Shown here: in pieces, positions 28,085 to 37,096 of the stretch
Layout: every line of letters begins with the position of its first letter
Position numbering within the stretch: position 1 is the stretch's first letter
NCBI GenBank assembly: GCA_001303955.1
Contig: LJUP01000001.1
Span: 86,328-142,533, forward strand
Origin: Bacteroides sp. SM23_62
GTDB lineage: Bacteria > Bacteroidota > Bacteroidia > Bacteroidales > SM23-62
DNA length: 56,206 bases
Direction: 5' to 3'
The notes under the pieces: model-generated
The model's input: only the letters and a program-made list of their open reading frames with translations
Told to the model about the DNA's origin: nothing
Databases searched by the model: none
Program-made: the position numbers and the translations under genes

Positions 28085-28336
28085 ATGAACATTTATGTAG
28101 GTAATCTCAATTACAATCTTTCGGAAGATGAATTAGAAAAGGTATTCTCACCATATGGGGAAGTAACTTCCGTTAAAATAATCAGAGATAAATACACGGA
28201 TCAGAGCAAAGGATTCGGGTTCATCGAGATGACCGATGATGCTGATGCACAGAAAGCAATAGATGAACTGAATGGTACTGAGGTTAAGGGAAGGGAATTA
28301 CGTGTAAATCAAGCCAGGCCCCCGAGGGAACAGTAA
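28085..28336 (+). CDS. Single-RRM RNA-binding protein
   Basis: RNP2 IYVGNL and RNP1 KGFGFIEM; ATG at 28085. Confidence 0.96.
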   Translation: MNIYVGNLNYNLSEDELEKVFSPYGEVTSVKIIRDKYTDQSKGFGFIEMTDDADAQKAIDELNGTEVKGRELRVNQARPPREQ

Positions 28337-28425
28337 AATAGATCTTCTCCGACTTCCCGGAAAAGCTGCTATATTCAAATTGCGTTAGTCTGTCTGTTTT
28401 GTTTGGCTGAACAGACCAAGCAGGG

Positions 28426-28842
28426 TCATTCATGATTCAGTTCAAGCACCTTGCCGTATATTGTATTAAACAAGAACACACGGTTAAATCCTGTCTTAAA
28501 ATTCCAGACTATTAATTTGTTGTTTACGTTGATCCTGTTCCACGAATGGAGATCATTTACAGATATTATAAGCCAGTATTCATCGAGTTTTTTCTTCCGG
28601 TAAAGGCTCAATTTCTCATTTTTTGCCTTAAGGCAGGCTGTAATATTTTCATATGATAATAAATCGGTGTCTGAAAAATACGGATGAAGGCTGGTAATCT
28701 CGATGCCGATCTTTTGTCTGGGTGTTATACCGAGTATAAAATCAGGTGATTCGGATGGTTTCAGTAAACCTTTAGGAAAATCAGGATAATGTTCCTGGAA
28801 AAGGTTAACAATGAAAAATTCCATCTGTTTTTTATAATCCAC
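28426..28842 (-). CDS. Hypothetical protein with a PD-(D/E)XK-like nuclease signature
   Basis: E...ESPDFIL...KIGIEITS...KAKNEKL..Y...YWLII...GFNRVFLF. Confidence 0.6.
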   Translation of the reverse strand: MDYKKQMEFFIVNLFQEHYPDFPKGLLKPSESPDFILGITPRQKIGIEITSLHPYFSDTDLLSYENITACLKAKNEKLSLYRKKKLDEYWLIISVNDLHSWNRINVNNKLIVWNFKTGFNRVFLFNTIYGKVLELNHE

Positions 28843-28866
28843 CTCAAAGATTATTTTAGCAATGCA

Positions 28867-29736
28867 TCAGCCCCTTACACTGGCTGCAGGGATCCTTTCA
28901 AGCAGATCTGTCAGCTGATCTGCCTGCTCGATCCCAATGGTGAAACTGTCAACACAGGAGTGACCCAGTGCAAACTGCAGGCAATCATCCTGCTTATTGG
29001 TAAGATCACCGCCTCCAAATACTTTCATCTGTATCACTCCCTTGCCTTTTTCATGGTAATTTTCAAGCACTTGTCGGATCACAGGTATACTGCCATCCAT
29101 CCTGGCTTCACCCGGATTAAAACGGGACAACATCACCTGTACCCAGGGTTCATCTATGGCGGTTTTCATTGCTTCAAGCGAATGTGAGGAAACACCATGT
29201 GCTCTGATAATACCTTCTTCTCTGGCCTGGGACAAAACTTCCATAACGCCTTTCTTCCGTATATTCCAATCCACTGCCCTTTGAAAATGCAGCAAGATAA
29301 TGTCAATATAATCTGTTCCGAGTTCTTTCCTGAAACGGCTCAGGTCCTCCTTCATTTCATCCGCCGTGCTGGCAATAGTCTTGGTAAGGATAACCACTTT
29401 TTCACGGGGTATTTTTTTCAGTGCTTCTCGAATATGGGGATGAGAACCATACTGGTCAGCGGATTCAAAGAATGTTATACCGTTGTCATAACCATTGCGG
29501 AGCAGGTCCGAAAGACCCCTGATACCAAGGTTTCGTGTCTGGTTGGAACGGCCATTCCAGCCCGAAGTTCCGGTACCCATGGCCATCCGGGAGACCTCAA
29601 TACTGGTATTGCCAAGTATCACCCTGTCATGGGCAAATTTCTTTCTGTCGCCAGCATAAAGGTGATGGGGAAATTTATTTAACCCCATCGCCCCAACACC
29701 CATTACCGCTGATTTGATAAAGTGTCTGCGTTTCAT
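28867..29736 (-). CDS. Tat-exported aldo/keto reductase
   Basis: MKRRHFIK twin-arginine signal; LGNTSIEVSRMAMGT, ESADQYG, LTK, LGTDYIDIILLH, GVSSH. Confidence 0.9.
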   Translation of the reverse strand: MKRRHFIKSAVMGVGAMGLNKFPHHLYAGDRKKFAHDRVILGNTSIEVSRMAMGTGTSGWNGRSNQTRNLGIRGLSDLLRNGYDNGITFFESADQYGSHPHIREALKKIPREKVVILTKTIASTADEMKEDLSRFRKELGTDYIDIILLHFQRAVDWNIRKKGVMEVLSQAREEGIIRAHGVSSHSLEAMKTAIDEPWVQVMLSRFNPGEARMDGSIPVIRQVLENYHEKGKGVIQMKVFGGGDLTNKQDDCLQFALGHSCVDSFTIGIEQADQLTDLLERIPAASVRG

Positions 29737-29769
29737 AAAAGACCTAAAGGTATGAAATATTATATAAAA

Positions 29770-30978
29770 CTAGAAAATCCATCTGAAAAAAGGATTAATT
29801 ACTGACCAGACAGGTAATTCCAAATAAACCTGATATCGTCTGCGAAATAATTTATCCAGCGAAGGATGTTGTTTCAACAGGGGAATAAAAAGGCGGTCCC
29901 CCGAAATCTGCCTCAAAATGGCTTCAACCATGGGATCGAAAAACAATAATATCAAAGCATATGTCCCAAAGAAATACAGATTAATCATCCAGATGGTAAT
30001 TTTAATAATCATCCCATAGCTTAACAGGTAGGATACCTTAGGACGGGTTTTGAAGAACCTGAGAAATCCCCATGAAGCAATGCTACCGGTAATAACCCCG
30101 GCCGGAATACTCAGATTTGACAGCGGTTTGCTTTGAATAATGAGCATGCTTAAGACAAGTATGGTGATTTTAATCAGGGAACTGAAAGCATGCAGCATGA
30201 AGGCCTTTTTGCTTCTTGGGATGGCAATGGTTTTCATATTCCTGCTAATACCCGCTGATCTTCCGTATAGTCCCCCATAGGATTTTAACTGGATATTTTT
30301 TATCCGGAATAAAGATATTCTATAAGGATATGCAATGGCCTTCTGACCGGGACAGTAGAAACAATCTTTTTCCAGTTTCTTCCCTGACTCACTGATGAAT
30401 TTTCTGATATCACTGAAGTGATAATAATAGTCATCGATTTTAAGGTACACTTTCCAGTTATTGACCACAAACAGGATAAGTATGGAAGCCATCAGCCAGA
30501 ACATTACATATCCACTGGGATGTTGGGAAACCTCTTCACTTACCAGTGGCATGACGATTAAGAAAACAATAATGGGAAAAACCATGATCCTGAGGATATA
30601 CCTGAGGGTCAGGATCAGGTCATGCCAGCCGCTTTTCTTGAATGCTTCCTGTTCCCGGATAAATTTTTCATATTTCATCCTGGCATAACGCCGGGCACTT
30701 TCCCTGGCTTCCTCCCGGGCTTTCTCATATTGTGCACGCATAAAACCGGGATCCCTGGTGGCTTCATGATGAAAATAATATTCATGCAGATCCCTGTTGA
30801 TCAATATTTCATAAGCCTCTGTGATCCTGATAAACTGATCATGAGCATCGGATGACTTATTGATATCGGGATGGTATTGCTTGGCGAGTTGCCTGTAGGC
30901 CCGTTTTATATCATCCGGGCCGGCATCTTTTTTCAAACCAAGGATCTTGTGATAATCTTTTTCGGGATCTACAATCAT
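29770..30978 (-). CDS. Type III J-domain membrane protein
   Basis: DYHKILGL...RQLAKQYHPD...AYEIL with intact HPD, followed by several TM segments. Confidence 0.85.
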   Translation of the reverse strand: MIVDPEKDYHKILGLKKDAGPDDIKRAYRQLAKQYHPDINKSSDAHDQFIRITEAYEILINRDLHEYYFHHEATRDPGFMRAQYEKAREEARESARRYARMKYEKFIREQEAFKKSGWHDLILTLRYILRIMVFPIIVFLIVMPLVSEEVSQHPSGYVMFWLMASILILFVVNNWKVYLKIDDYYYHFSDIRKFISESGKKLEKDCFYCPGQKAIAYPYRISLFRIKNIQLKSYGGLYGRSAGISRNMKTIAIPRSKKAFMLHAFSSLIKITILVLSMLIIQSKPLSNLSIPAGVITGSIASWGFLRFFKTRPKVSYLLSYGMIIKITIWMINLYFFGTYALILLFFDPMVEAILRQISGDRLFIPLLKQHPSLDKLFRRRYQVYLELPVWSVINPFFRWIF

Positions 30979-31060
30979 CTCAGAGTGTTGACAAACACGC
31001 TCCTTCAGCTTAATAACGAGTTGAAGTTATGAATAATTCTCAGAGGATAGAAAATAATCG

Positions 31061-31068
31061 TACTTTTG
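31061..31068 (+). promoter_or_regulatory. -7 promoter element for the acyl-CoA ligase
   Basis: TACTTTTG 20 bp upstream of ATG 31089, which supports that start over 31029. Confidence 0.6.
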
Positions 31069-31088
31069 TAACTTTATTTGGAAAGGCA

Positions 31089-32732
31089 ATGGATGATAAT
31101 GAGTTATTGACTTTTCCGGCCCTGTTTGGAAAGGCACTTGAAAAATACGGTGACCAAAATGCACTTGCGTTCACAGATGAAAGTCCATTAAGCTACAAAG
31201 AAGTAAACGACCGGATTTATGCCCTGATCAGGTTCCTGGAAGACCTGGAGATCAAGAAAGGAGACAGGGTAGCATTGCTGGGCACCAATATGCCCCACTG
31301 GGGTATTGCTTATTTTGCCATTGCCTTTATGGGGGCGGTAGTCGTTCCCCTGTTACCGGATTTCCTGCCCAATGAGATTGGCAATATACTGGATCATGCA
31401 GAAGCCAAAGCCATTCTGGTATCTGAATCCCTGATGCAAAAGATGGAAAATGTGAAGGACAAATCTCTTTTGCACATAATCAGGCTGGAGGATTTTAAGC
31501 TAACCGGGGATCCAATGCCAGGGGCTGTATTCAACCTCGTTAATAAACCGATTAACCACTATGATGTGAAAGAAGATGACCTGGCAGCAATCATTTATAC
31601 ATCGGGGACTACAGGTTCATCCAAGGGAGTCATGCTCACACATAAAAACATAAGTTTTACGGCACTTGCAGGGAGAAAACTGAAGCATGTGGATGAATCA
31701 GATCGTTTCCTTTCCATTCTTCCTCTTTCACATACACTTGAAAACACCGTTGGTTTCCTGATCCCCATTTTCAATGGCGCATGTGTTTATTACCTGAAAA
31801 AAACACCTTCTCCTTCTGTACTGATTCCCGCATTACAAAAAGTAAAACCAACCATAATGCTTTCGGTTCCTATGGTGATCGAAAAAATATATTACAATAG
31901 AGTGTATCCTGCATTAAACGGGAAATGGTATATAAAAATATTAATGGCCGTCCCGCCAATCAGGAAAAAATTGCATCAGGTTGCGGGAAAAAAACTGTTG
32001 CATACTTTTGGCGGTGAACTGCAGTTTTTCGGTATTGGTGGTGCAAAACTCAACGGGAAAGTTGAGCAATTTCTTGCGGAAGCCGGTTTTCCTTATGCCA
32101 TTGGTTATGGATTGACCGAAACGGCGCCTCTACTGGCCGGGGCTGTGGTCGGGGAAACCAGGCTGGGATCTACCGGTAAGGCTATTGAAGGGGTCGAATT
32201 GAAAATAAACGATCCGGATCCTGCAACAGGTGAAGGGGAAATATGGGCCAGAGGCCCGAATGTCATGAAGGGATATTACAAAGAACCGGCTCTTACGGGA
32301 CAGGTTTTAACCCACGATGGGTGGTTTAAGACCGGTGATCTGGGGGTGTTTGACGGGGATCAGAAATTATATATCAAAGGACGCATGAAAAACATCATTG
32401 TTGGATCGAGTGGTGAAAATATTTACCCGGAGGAAATTGAATCTGTGATCAATGATTTCCGGCATGTCATTGAATCCATCGTCATACAGAAAAAAGGAAA
32501 ACTGGTGGCCCTGGTCCACCTTAACAGAGAAGAAATTGAGGAGGCCTATCATCATTTGCGTGAGGAAGTTTCACAGTTCGTAGATAGAAAGACAGAAGAA
32601 ATACTGCGTGAACTGAAGATATATGTAAACACAAGGGTTAACAAATTTTCCCGGCTCCACAGCATTGTGTTGCAGCAAGACCCATTTCAGAAAACAGCCA
32701 CAAAAAAAATAAAGAGGTTCCTGTATATCTGA
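31089..32732 (+). CDS. Long-chain fatty-acid--CoA ligase (AMP-binding)
   Basis: YTSGTTGSSKGV, GYGLTETAP, GWFKTGDLG, GENIYPEEIE, C-terminal KKIKR. Confidence 0.93.
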   Translation: MDDNELLTFPALFGKALEKYGDQNALAFTDESPLSYKEVNDRIYALIRFLEDLEIKKGDRVALLGTNMPHWGIAYFAIAFMGAVVVPLLPDFLPNEIGNILDHAEAKAILVSESLMQKMENVKDKSLLHIIRLEDFKLTGDPMPGAVFNLVNKPINHYDVKEDDLAAIIYTSGTTGSSKGVMLTHKNISFTALAGRKLKHVDESDRFLSILPLSHTLENTVGFLIPIFNGACVYYLKKTPSPSVLIPALQKVKPTIMLSVPMVIEKIYYNRVYPALNGKWYIKILMAVPPIRKKLHQVAGKKLLHTFGGELQFFGIGGAKLNGKVEQFLAEAGFPYAIGYGLTETAPLLAGAVVGETRLGSTGKAIEGVELKINDPDPATGEGEIWARGPNVMKGYYKEPALTGQVLTHDGWFKTGDLGVFDGDQKLYIKGRMKNIIVGSSGENIYPEEIESVINDFRHVIESIVIQKKGKLVALVHLNREEIEEAYHHLREEVSQFVDRKTEEILRELKIYVNTRVNKFSRLHSIVLQQDPFQKTATKKIKRFLYI

Positions 32733-32749
32733 TAAATTCAACAAACAGC

Positions 32750-33813
32750 TTGCAGTTTGGTGGCATCATACTTGGTTTCTTAACCTCGCTGGCAATCAGC
32801 TTACTGGCCATTCCCAGCATTGTAACCGTAGCACGCAACAAGAAATTGTATGACAAACCCCAGGGACGAAAATCCAGAAGGAGAGAAATACCGATACTCG
32901 GGGGACTCGCCATTTTTGCCGGAACCATCATTTCACTGGCCCTGTTCTCCGATGTCTATCAATTTCCGGAATTACCTTATATTATCGCTGGTTCTGTGAT
33001 TCTCTTTTTCATTGGCATCAAGGATGATATACTGATCATCGCCCCGTGGTGGAAATTATCCGGACAGGTCCTGGCAGCCATGATCGTCTCCATTATGGCC
33101 GGATTGCAGATCAAATCCCCTAACATGCTTCCGGGGATAAATGAACCCGGCCATGCAATGGCCATCCTGATAACTGTTCTGGTGATTGTATTTATGATTA
33201 ACAGTTTTAATCTGATCGATGGAATTGATGGACTGGCCTCCGGGATCGGGATATGCTCTTCACTCTTGCTGGGATGGATCTTCATACAATCCGGCCTTGT
33301 GTATTATGCCTTACTATCGTTTATTTTCTGCGGGAGCCTGCTGGGATTTTTTATTACAATGTGTTCAGCAGGAAGAATAAGATCTTAATGGGAGACACCG
33401 GCTCCATGCTGGTTGGATTCATTACCTCCATCCTGGTCATCAGGTTTACATGTATGGATGATCCTTCACTGGCAGGGGTACAAATAAACTCCCCGCGATT
33501 ACTGAGCCTGGCCATATTCATTATTCCCCTGGCAGATATGATCAGGGTTATACTGACCAGGATCTGGCTCGGGAGATCTCCCTTAAAGCCTGACAGGCTA
33601 CATATACATTACAGGCTGATCGACCTGGGATTAAACCATTTACAGGTAACAATCCTATTATTGTTGATCAATGCAGTAATGGTATCAGGGGTGGTGGTAA
33701 TGCAAAATCTTGGGGAATCTGTCCTGACCATACTCATCATTTCTTCCATGATCATCATGTATATGATACAATGGTGGTTAACAAAACGAAAGAAGGGAAA
33801 AATACCTTCCTAA
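32750..33813 (+). pseudogene. WecA/TagO (MraY-family, GT4) undecaprenyl-phosphate sugar-1-P transferase, frameshifted at T6 33347-33352
   Basis: Frame 1 has GIKDD and NSFNLIDGIDGL; frame 2 has YYN...ILMGDTGS and PDRLHIHYRL; one extra T joins them as GFFYYNVFSRKNKILMGDTG. Confidence 0.85.
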
Positions 33814-34832
33814 ACCTTCCCGGTTCTGACATGGTTCAGGAAATGATTGGCCGTATCCTGGACAGATTGTTTTACGGGTATGAAATCAATTCCGACGGCC
33901 TGCCTGATCTTTTCGTTTGAGAACAATACCTTTCTCTTGCTTGATTTGACCGTATCACGGGTAATGCTCCTTGGTTTGCCATTGAACTTTGAGATAAGCC
34001 AGCTCATTCTCCATGCGAGAGCAATTAAAAAGGGAGTTGCACGGATTCTGGGCGGAGGTCTATCCAGTGCTGAGGCTATCATTTCAAGTACCTGCCGGTA
34101 AGAAAGATTTTCAGCTGACAGGGTATACCTTTCTGAAGAAAAATGCCCGTCCATCAGGTAAATCATGGCATGCACCACATCACGGATATCCACATAACCT
34201 GTTACCCCTTCTGTATAGAATTTCATGCCTTTCCATACTGCAGAAAATAGATATGAGGAACTTCTTTTCCAGTCCCCCGGACCTATGATTATGGAAGGAT
34301 TGACAATAACAGCCTGCAAGCCTTCGGCAATACCACGCCAAATTTCCATTTCAGACTGGTATTTACTGACCGAGTATGCAGATCGGTTCTTTGAATGAGG
34401 CCACATCATATCCTCGGTGATCTGCATTCCCGGAGGGGCATTTCCCAGGGCCGCTGTTGAGCTGACATAGCATAGTTTCTTCACTTTTTTCTCCAGACAG
34501 GCATTTACCAAATTGGCTGTCCCGCCTACATTGCTCCGGATCAAGGCATGACGGTCCCTGGGATCAAATGAAACAAAGGCAGCCGTATGGTACACCTGAT
34601 CCACCCCGTCCAGTGCCTGAAGTAACGTTTCAAAATCTGTAATATCCGCCTCAATCCATTCTATTTTATCATAGTAAGGCAATGGATCATCGACATACAG
34701 TGCGAATGTATCAAGAACGGCCTGGAGATTTGATGATGCCCGGTGTATCGCCCTGATTTTGTGATGCTTCTTTGCCAGTTCCAGCAGTAAATGTGTTCCT
34801 ACCAGTCCCGTACTGCCTGTAACCAGAATCAT
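33810..34832 (-). CDS. NAD-dependent epimerase/dehydratase (dihydroflavonol-reductase-like extended SDR)
   Basis: MILVTGSTGLVG, YHTAAFVSF, VSSTAA, YSVSK (YxxxK), VNPSIIIGP. Confidence 0.92.
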   Translation of the reverse strand: MILVTGSTGLVGTHLLLELAKKHHKIRAIHRASSNLQAVLDTFALYVDDPLPYYDKIEWIEADITDFETLLQALDGVDQVYHTAAFVSFDPRDRHALIRSNVGGTANLVNACLEKKVKKLCYVSSTAALGNAPPGMQITEDMMWPHSKNRSAYSVSKYQSEMEIWRGIAEGLQAVIVNPSIIIGPGDWKRSSSYLFSAVWKGMKFYTEGVTGYVDIRDVVHAMIYLMDGHFSSERYTLSAENLSYRQVLEMIASALDRPPPRIRATPFLIALAWRMSWLISKFNGKPRSITRDTVKSSKRKVLFSNEKIRQAVGIDFIPVKQSVQDTANHFLNHVRTGKV

Positions 34833-34908
34833 GCTGTAAATATAAAACAAGTAGCTGATTTTTTATCAATTTGTGTATAAAGGGAAAGAAACGTTTAAAA
34901 CGTAAAAT

Positions 34909-35247
34909 ATGCGACCGGAAAATCTCTATGCAATATCACTGGATTCAGCCAGTGCACTGGATACATCCATGTGGCGGACGTATGATGATTTCTCAACACT
35001 ATTAAAGATCAGGGCAGAAATGAACAGGTTCTTAATGAACCTGAATTACAGCCATGGGTCATTATCAAGGGGACAGCAAATCCATTACCTGTTTTTGGCC
35101 CTGGTACATCTCGACAATGTTGAGAAAGAAATTCATGTTTCAGACGTGAATGAAGAAATCTTAAGACTGGAAAGAATTTTTGATAAGATCCGGGCCCTTG
35201 AAAAGCTGATCATGGAATACATCGGACAATTAACATCAGAGGATTGA
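34909..35247 (+). CDS. Small all-helical hypothetical protein, possibly a divergent four-helix-bundle (23S rRNA-IVP/Avd-like) member
   Basis: 112 aa; KIR...N...SHG..S....IHYL.LA...L...E pattern resembles the family by eye. Confidence 0.5.
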   Translation: MRPENLYAISLDSASALDTSMWRTYDDFSTLLKIRAEMNRFLMNLNYSHGSLSRGQQIHYLFLALVHLDNVEKEIHVSDVNEEILRLERIFDKIRALEKLIMEYIGQLTSED

Positions 35248-35291
35248 ATATTTCTCCGGATTTTTTTAGCCATGCGCAGGGGGAACAGTAT

Positions 35292-36329
35292 TCAGGATTT
35301 TTTCAGGGTAAAAGAAAAAGAAGAACCCCTACCGGGTTCACTCCTCACGGTGATGGTCTGGTTATGCGCCTCTATGATATGTTTTACAATGGAAAGGCCA
35401 AGCCCGGTACCACCACGGTCCCTGGACCGGCTTTTGTCGGTCCGGTAAAACCGCTCAAAAATCCGGGGGATTTCATCCTCTTCAAGGCCTATGCCATTAT
35501 CCGTGACATCGACCAGGATGTTCTCTCCCATTTCCGCGAAACTGATGATTGTTTTACCCCCTTTATTACCATAGAAAATAGAATTTACAATCAGGTTATT
35601 CAACACTTCCGTAATTCTTTTCTTATCACCTCTTACCATGATGGGTTTATCGTAATTGCGGTCAAAGGTCAGGTCAATATTGAATTTATCACTAATGGTG
35701 TCCTGCAACCGATATACTGCTTTTACCAGCTGAACGATATCAAAATCATCCCATTCCAGAGTAAGCTCCCCGGTTTCCAGCTTGGTAATGGATTCCAGGT
35801 CCTCGATGATGGATACCATCCTGTTGATGCTTTTCTCCGTACGCTCCAGGTACTCCCGGTTTATTTCCGGATCTTCAAGTCCACCATCAAGCAAGGTAAG
35901 AATATAACCCTGAATATTAAAAATGGGGGTTTTCAATTCATGTGATACATTCCCAAGGAATTCTTTCCTGTATTTTTCCAATCTCCTTAGTTTTTTAATC
36001 TCCTTGGCACGGTTCTTTGCATAATTAATTACCATCCTGTTCACCTCCTGGATCACATCTTTACCTTCCAGTTTTTTCTTCAGCTCGTCTTTGGTAATCG
36101 GTATGTTTTCAATTGTTTTGTAGATGGGATTAATCTTTTCGAAAATAAAATTATCGACCGCATAATAGACTAAAAAATAGGTAATTATAAATGCCAATAC
36201 GATAGACACGATGATCACGATCAGCGGATGCACTATATCCAGGAACAGGGACATAATCACAAGGGAGGTACAGACTAATGAAATGATCAATGAAATCAAT
36301 AAAGCCAGTTGTCTGGGGGTGGTTTTCAT
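35292..36329 (-). CDS. PhoR-like sensor histidine kinase
   Basis: Two N-terminal TMs; H box VSHELKTP, N box NLIVNS, DNGIG, FERFYR, GTGLGLSI. Confidence 0.95.
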   Translation of the reverse strand: MKTTPRQLALLISLIISLVCTSLVIMSLFLDIVHPLIVIIVSIVLAFIITYFLVYYAVDNFIFEKINPIYKTIENIPITKDELKKKLEGKDVIQEVNRMVINYAKNRAKEIKKLRRLEKYRKEFLGNVSHELKTPIFNIQGYILTLLDGGLEDPEINREYLERTEKSINRMVSIIEDLESITKLETGELTLEWDDFDIVQLVKAVYRLQDTISDKFNIDLTFDRNYDKPIMVRGDKKRITEVLNNLIVNSIFYGNKGGKTIISFAEMGENILVDVTDNGIGLEEDEIPRIFERFYRTDKSRSRDRGGTGLGLSIVKHIIEAHNQTITVRSEPGRGSSFSFTLKKS

Positions 36330-36333
36330 AATC

Positions 36334-36933
36334 CTACAATTTTCCCATTTGTTTTAATATTCTTGCAATATACTTACCGATGATATCAAATTCAATATTG
36401 ACAATGGTCCCCGGTCTGATCTCGTGAAAATTGGTGACTTCGTAGGTATATGGGATTATGGCCACATCGAAGGATTTTTCCCTGGAATTTACCACGGTAA
36501 GGCTAACCCCGTTGATGGATACAGATCCTTTTTCAACCGTAATGTGTTCCTCCGTGCGGGGCTCGTATTCAAAACTGTAATACCAGCTTCCTTCCGCTTC
36601 TGATACTTTCGTACAGACAGCTGTCATATCTACATGCCCCTGTACCATATGTCCGTCAAGCCGGCCATCGGCCCTGACGCTGCGCTCCACATTTACCTTG
36701 CTACCCACCTTCCATTGTCCCAGGTTTGTTTTCAGGAGTGTTTCATGGATGGCAGTAACGGTGTAATCCTTCTCTGTTTTTTTCACTACCGTCAGACATA
36801 CCCCGTCATGGGAGATGCTCTGGTCAATGTCCAGTTCATTGACAAATGAACAGGTAAGGCTGATGTGAAGATTTTCCTGCTCCTTTTCAAGCCTGGTAAC
36901 GATGGCTGTTTCTTCTACGATTCCTGAAAACAT
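36334..36933 (-). CDS. ribE: Riboflavin synthase (alpha chain)
   Basis: MFSGIVEE N-terminus, GVCLTV, GHMVQGHVD, KGSVSINGVSLTV, VNIEFD. Confidence 0.96.
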   Translation of the reverse strand: MFSGIVEETAIVTRLEKEQENLHISLTCSFVNELDIDQSISHDGVCLTVVKKTEKDYTVTAIHETLLKTNLGQWKVGSKVNVERSVRADGRLDGHMVQGHVDMTAVCTKVSEAEGSWYYSFEYEPRTEEHITVEKGSVSINGVSLTVVNSREKSFDVAIIPYTYEVTNFHEIRPGTIVNIEFDIIGKYIARILKQMGKL

Positions 36934-37054
36934 AAACCGATGATTTAAATTTTCACTAATTTAATATTTAATTAAAACATTTTACCCAGATATACTGCCA
37001 TTCCTGACAGTTTTACCCCAGTCCTTGATACATCTAGTTCTCCGAAATAATTCT

Positions 37055-37062
37055 TATCTTTG
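37055..37062 (+). promoter_or_regulatory. -7 promoter element of ileS
   Basis: TATCTTTG, 34 bp upstream of ATG 37097. Confidence 0.7.
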
Positions 37063-37096
37063 TCGCTTTCTGAAAAAAGGGTTTTGTTAGGATAAG

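Noticed and set aside
34909-35247. Diversity-generating retroelement
   Set aside because: No reverse transcriptase and no adenine-variable repeat pair seen in the window
35244-35945. 233-aa plus-strand ORF, and similar long shadow ORFs (18901-19527, 38513-39079, 39437-40093)
   Set aside because: They overlap well-supported genes on the opposite strand or in another frame and show no recognisable motifs
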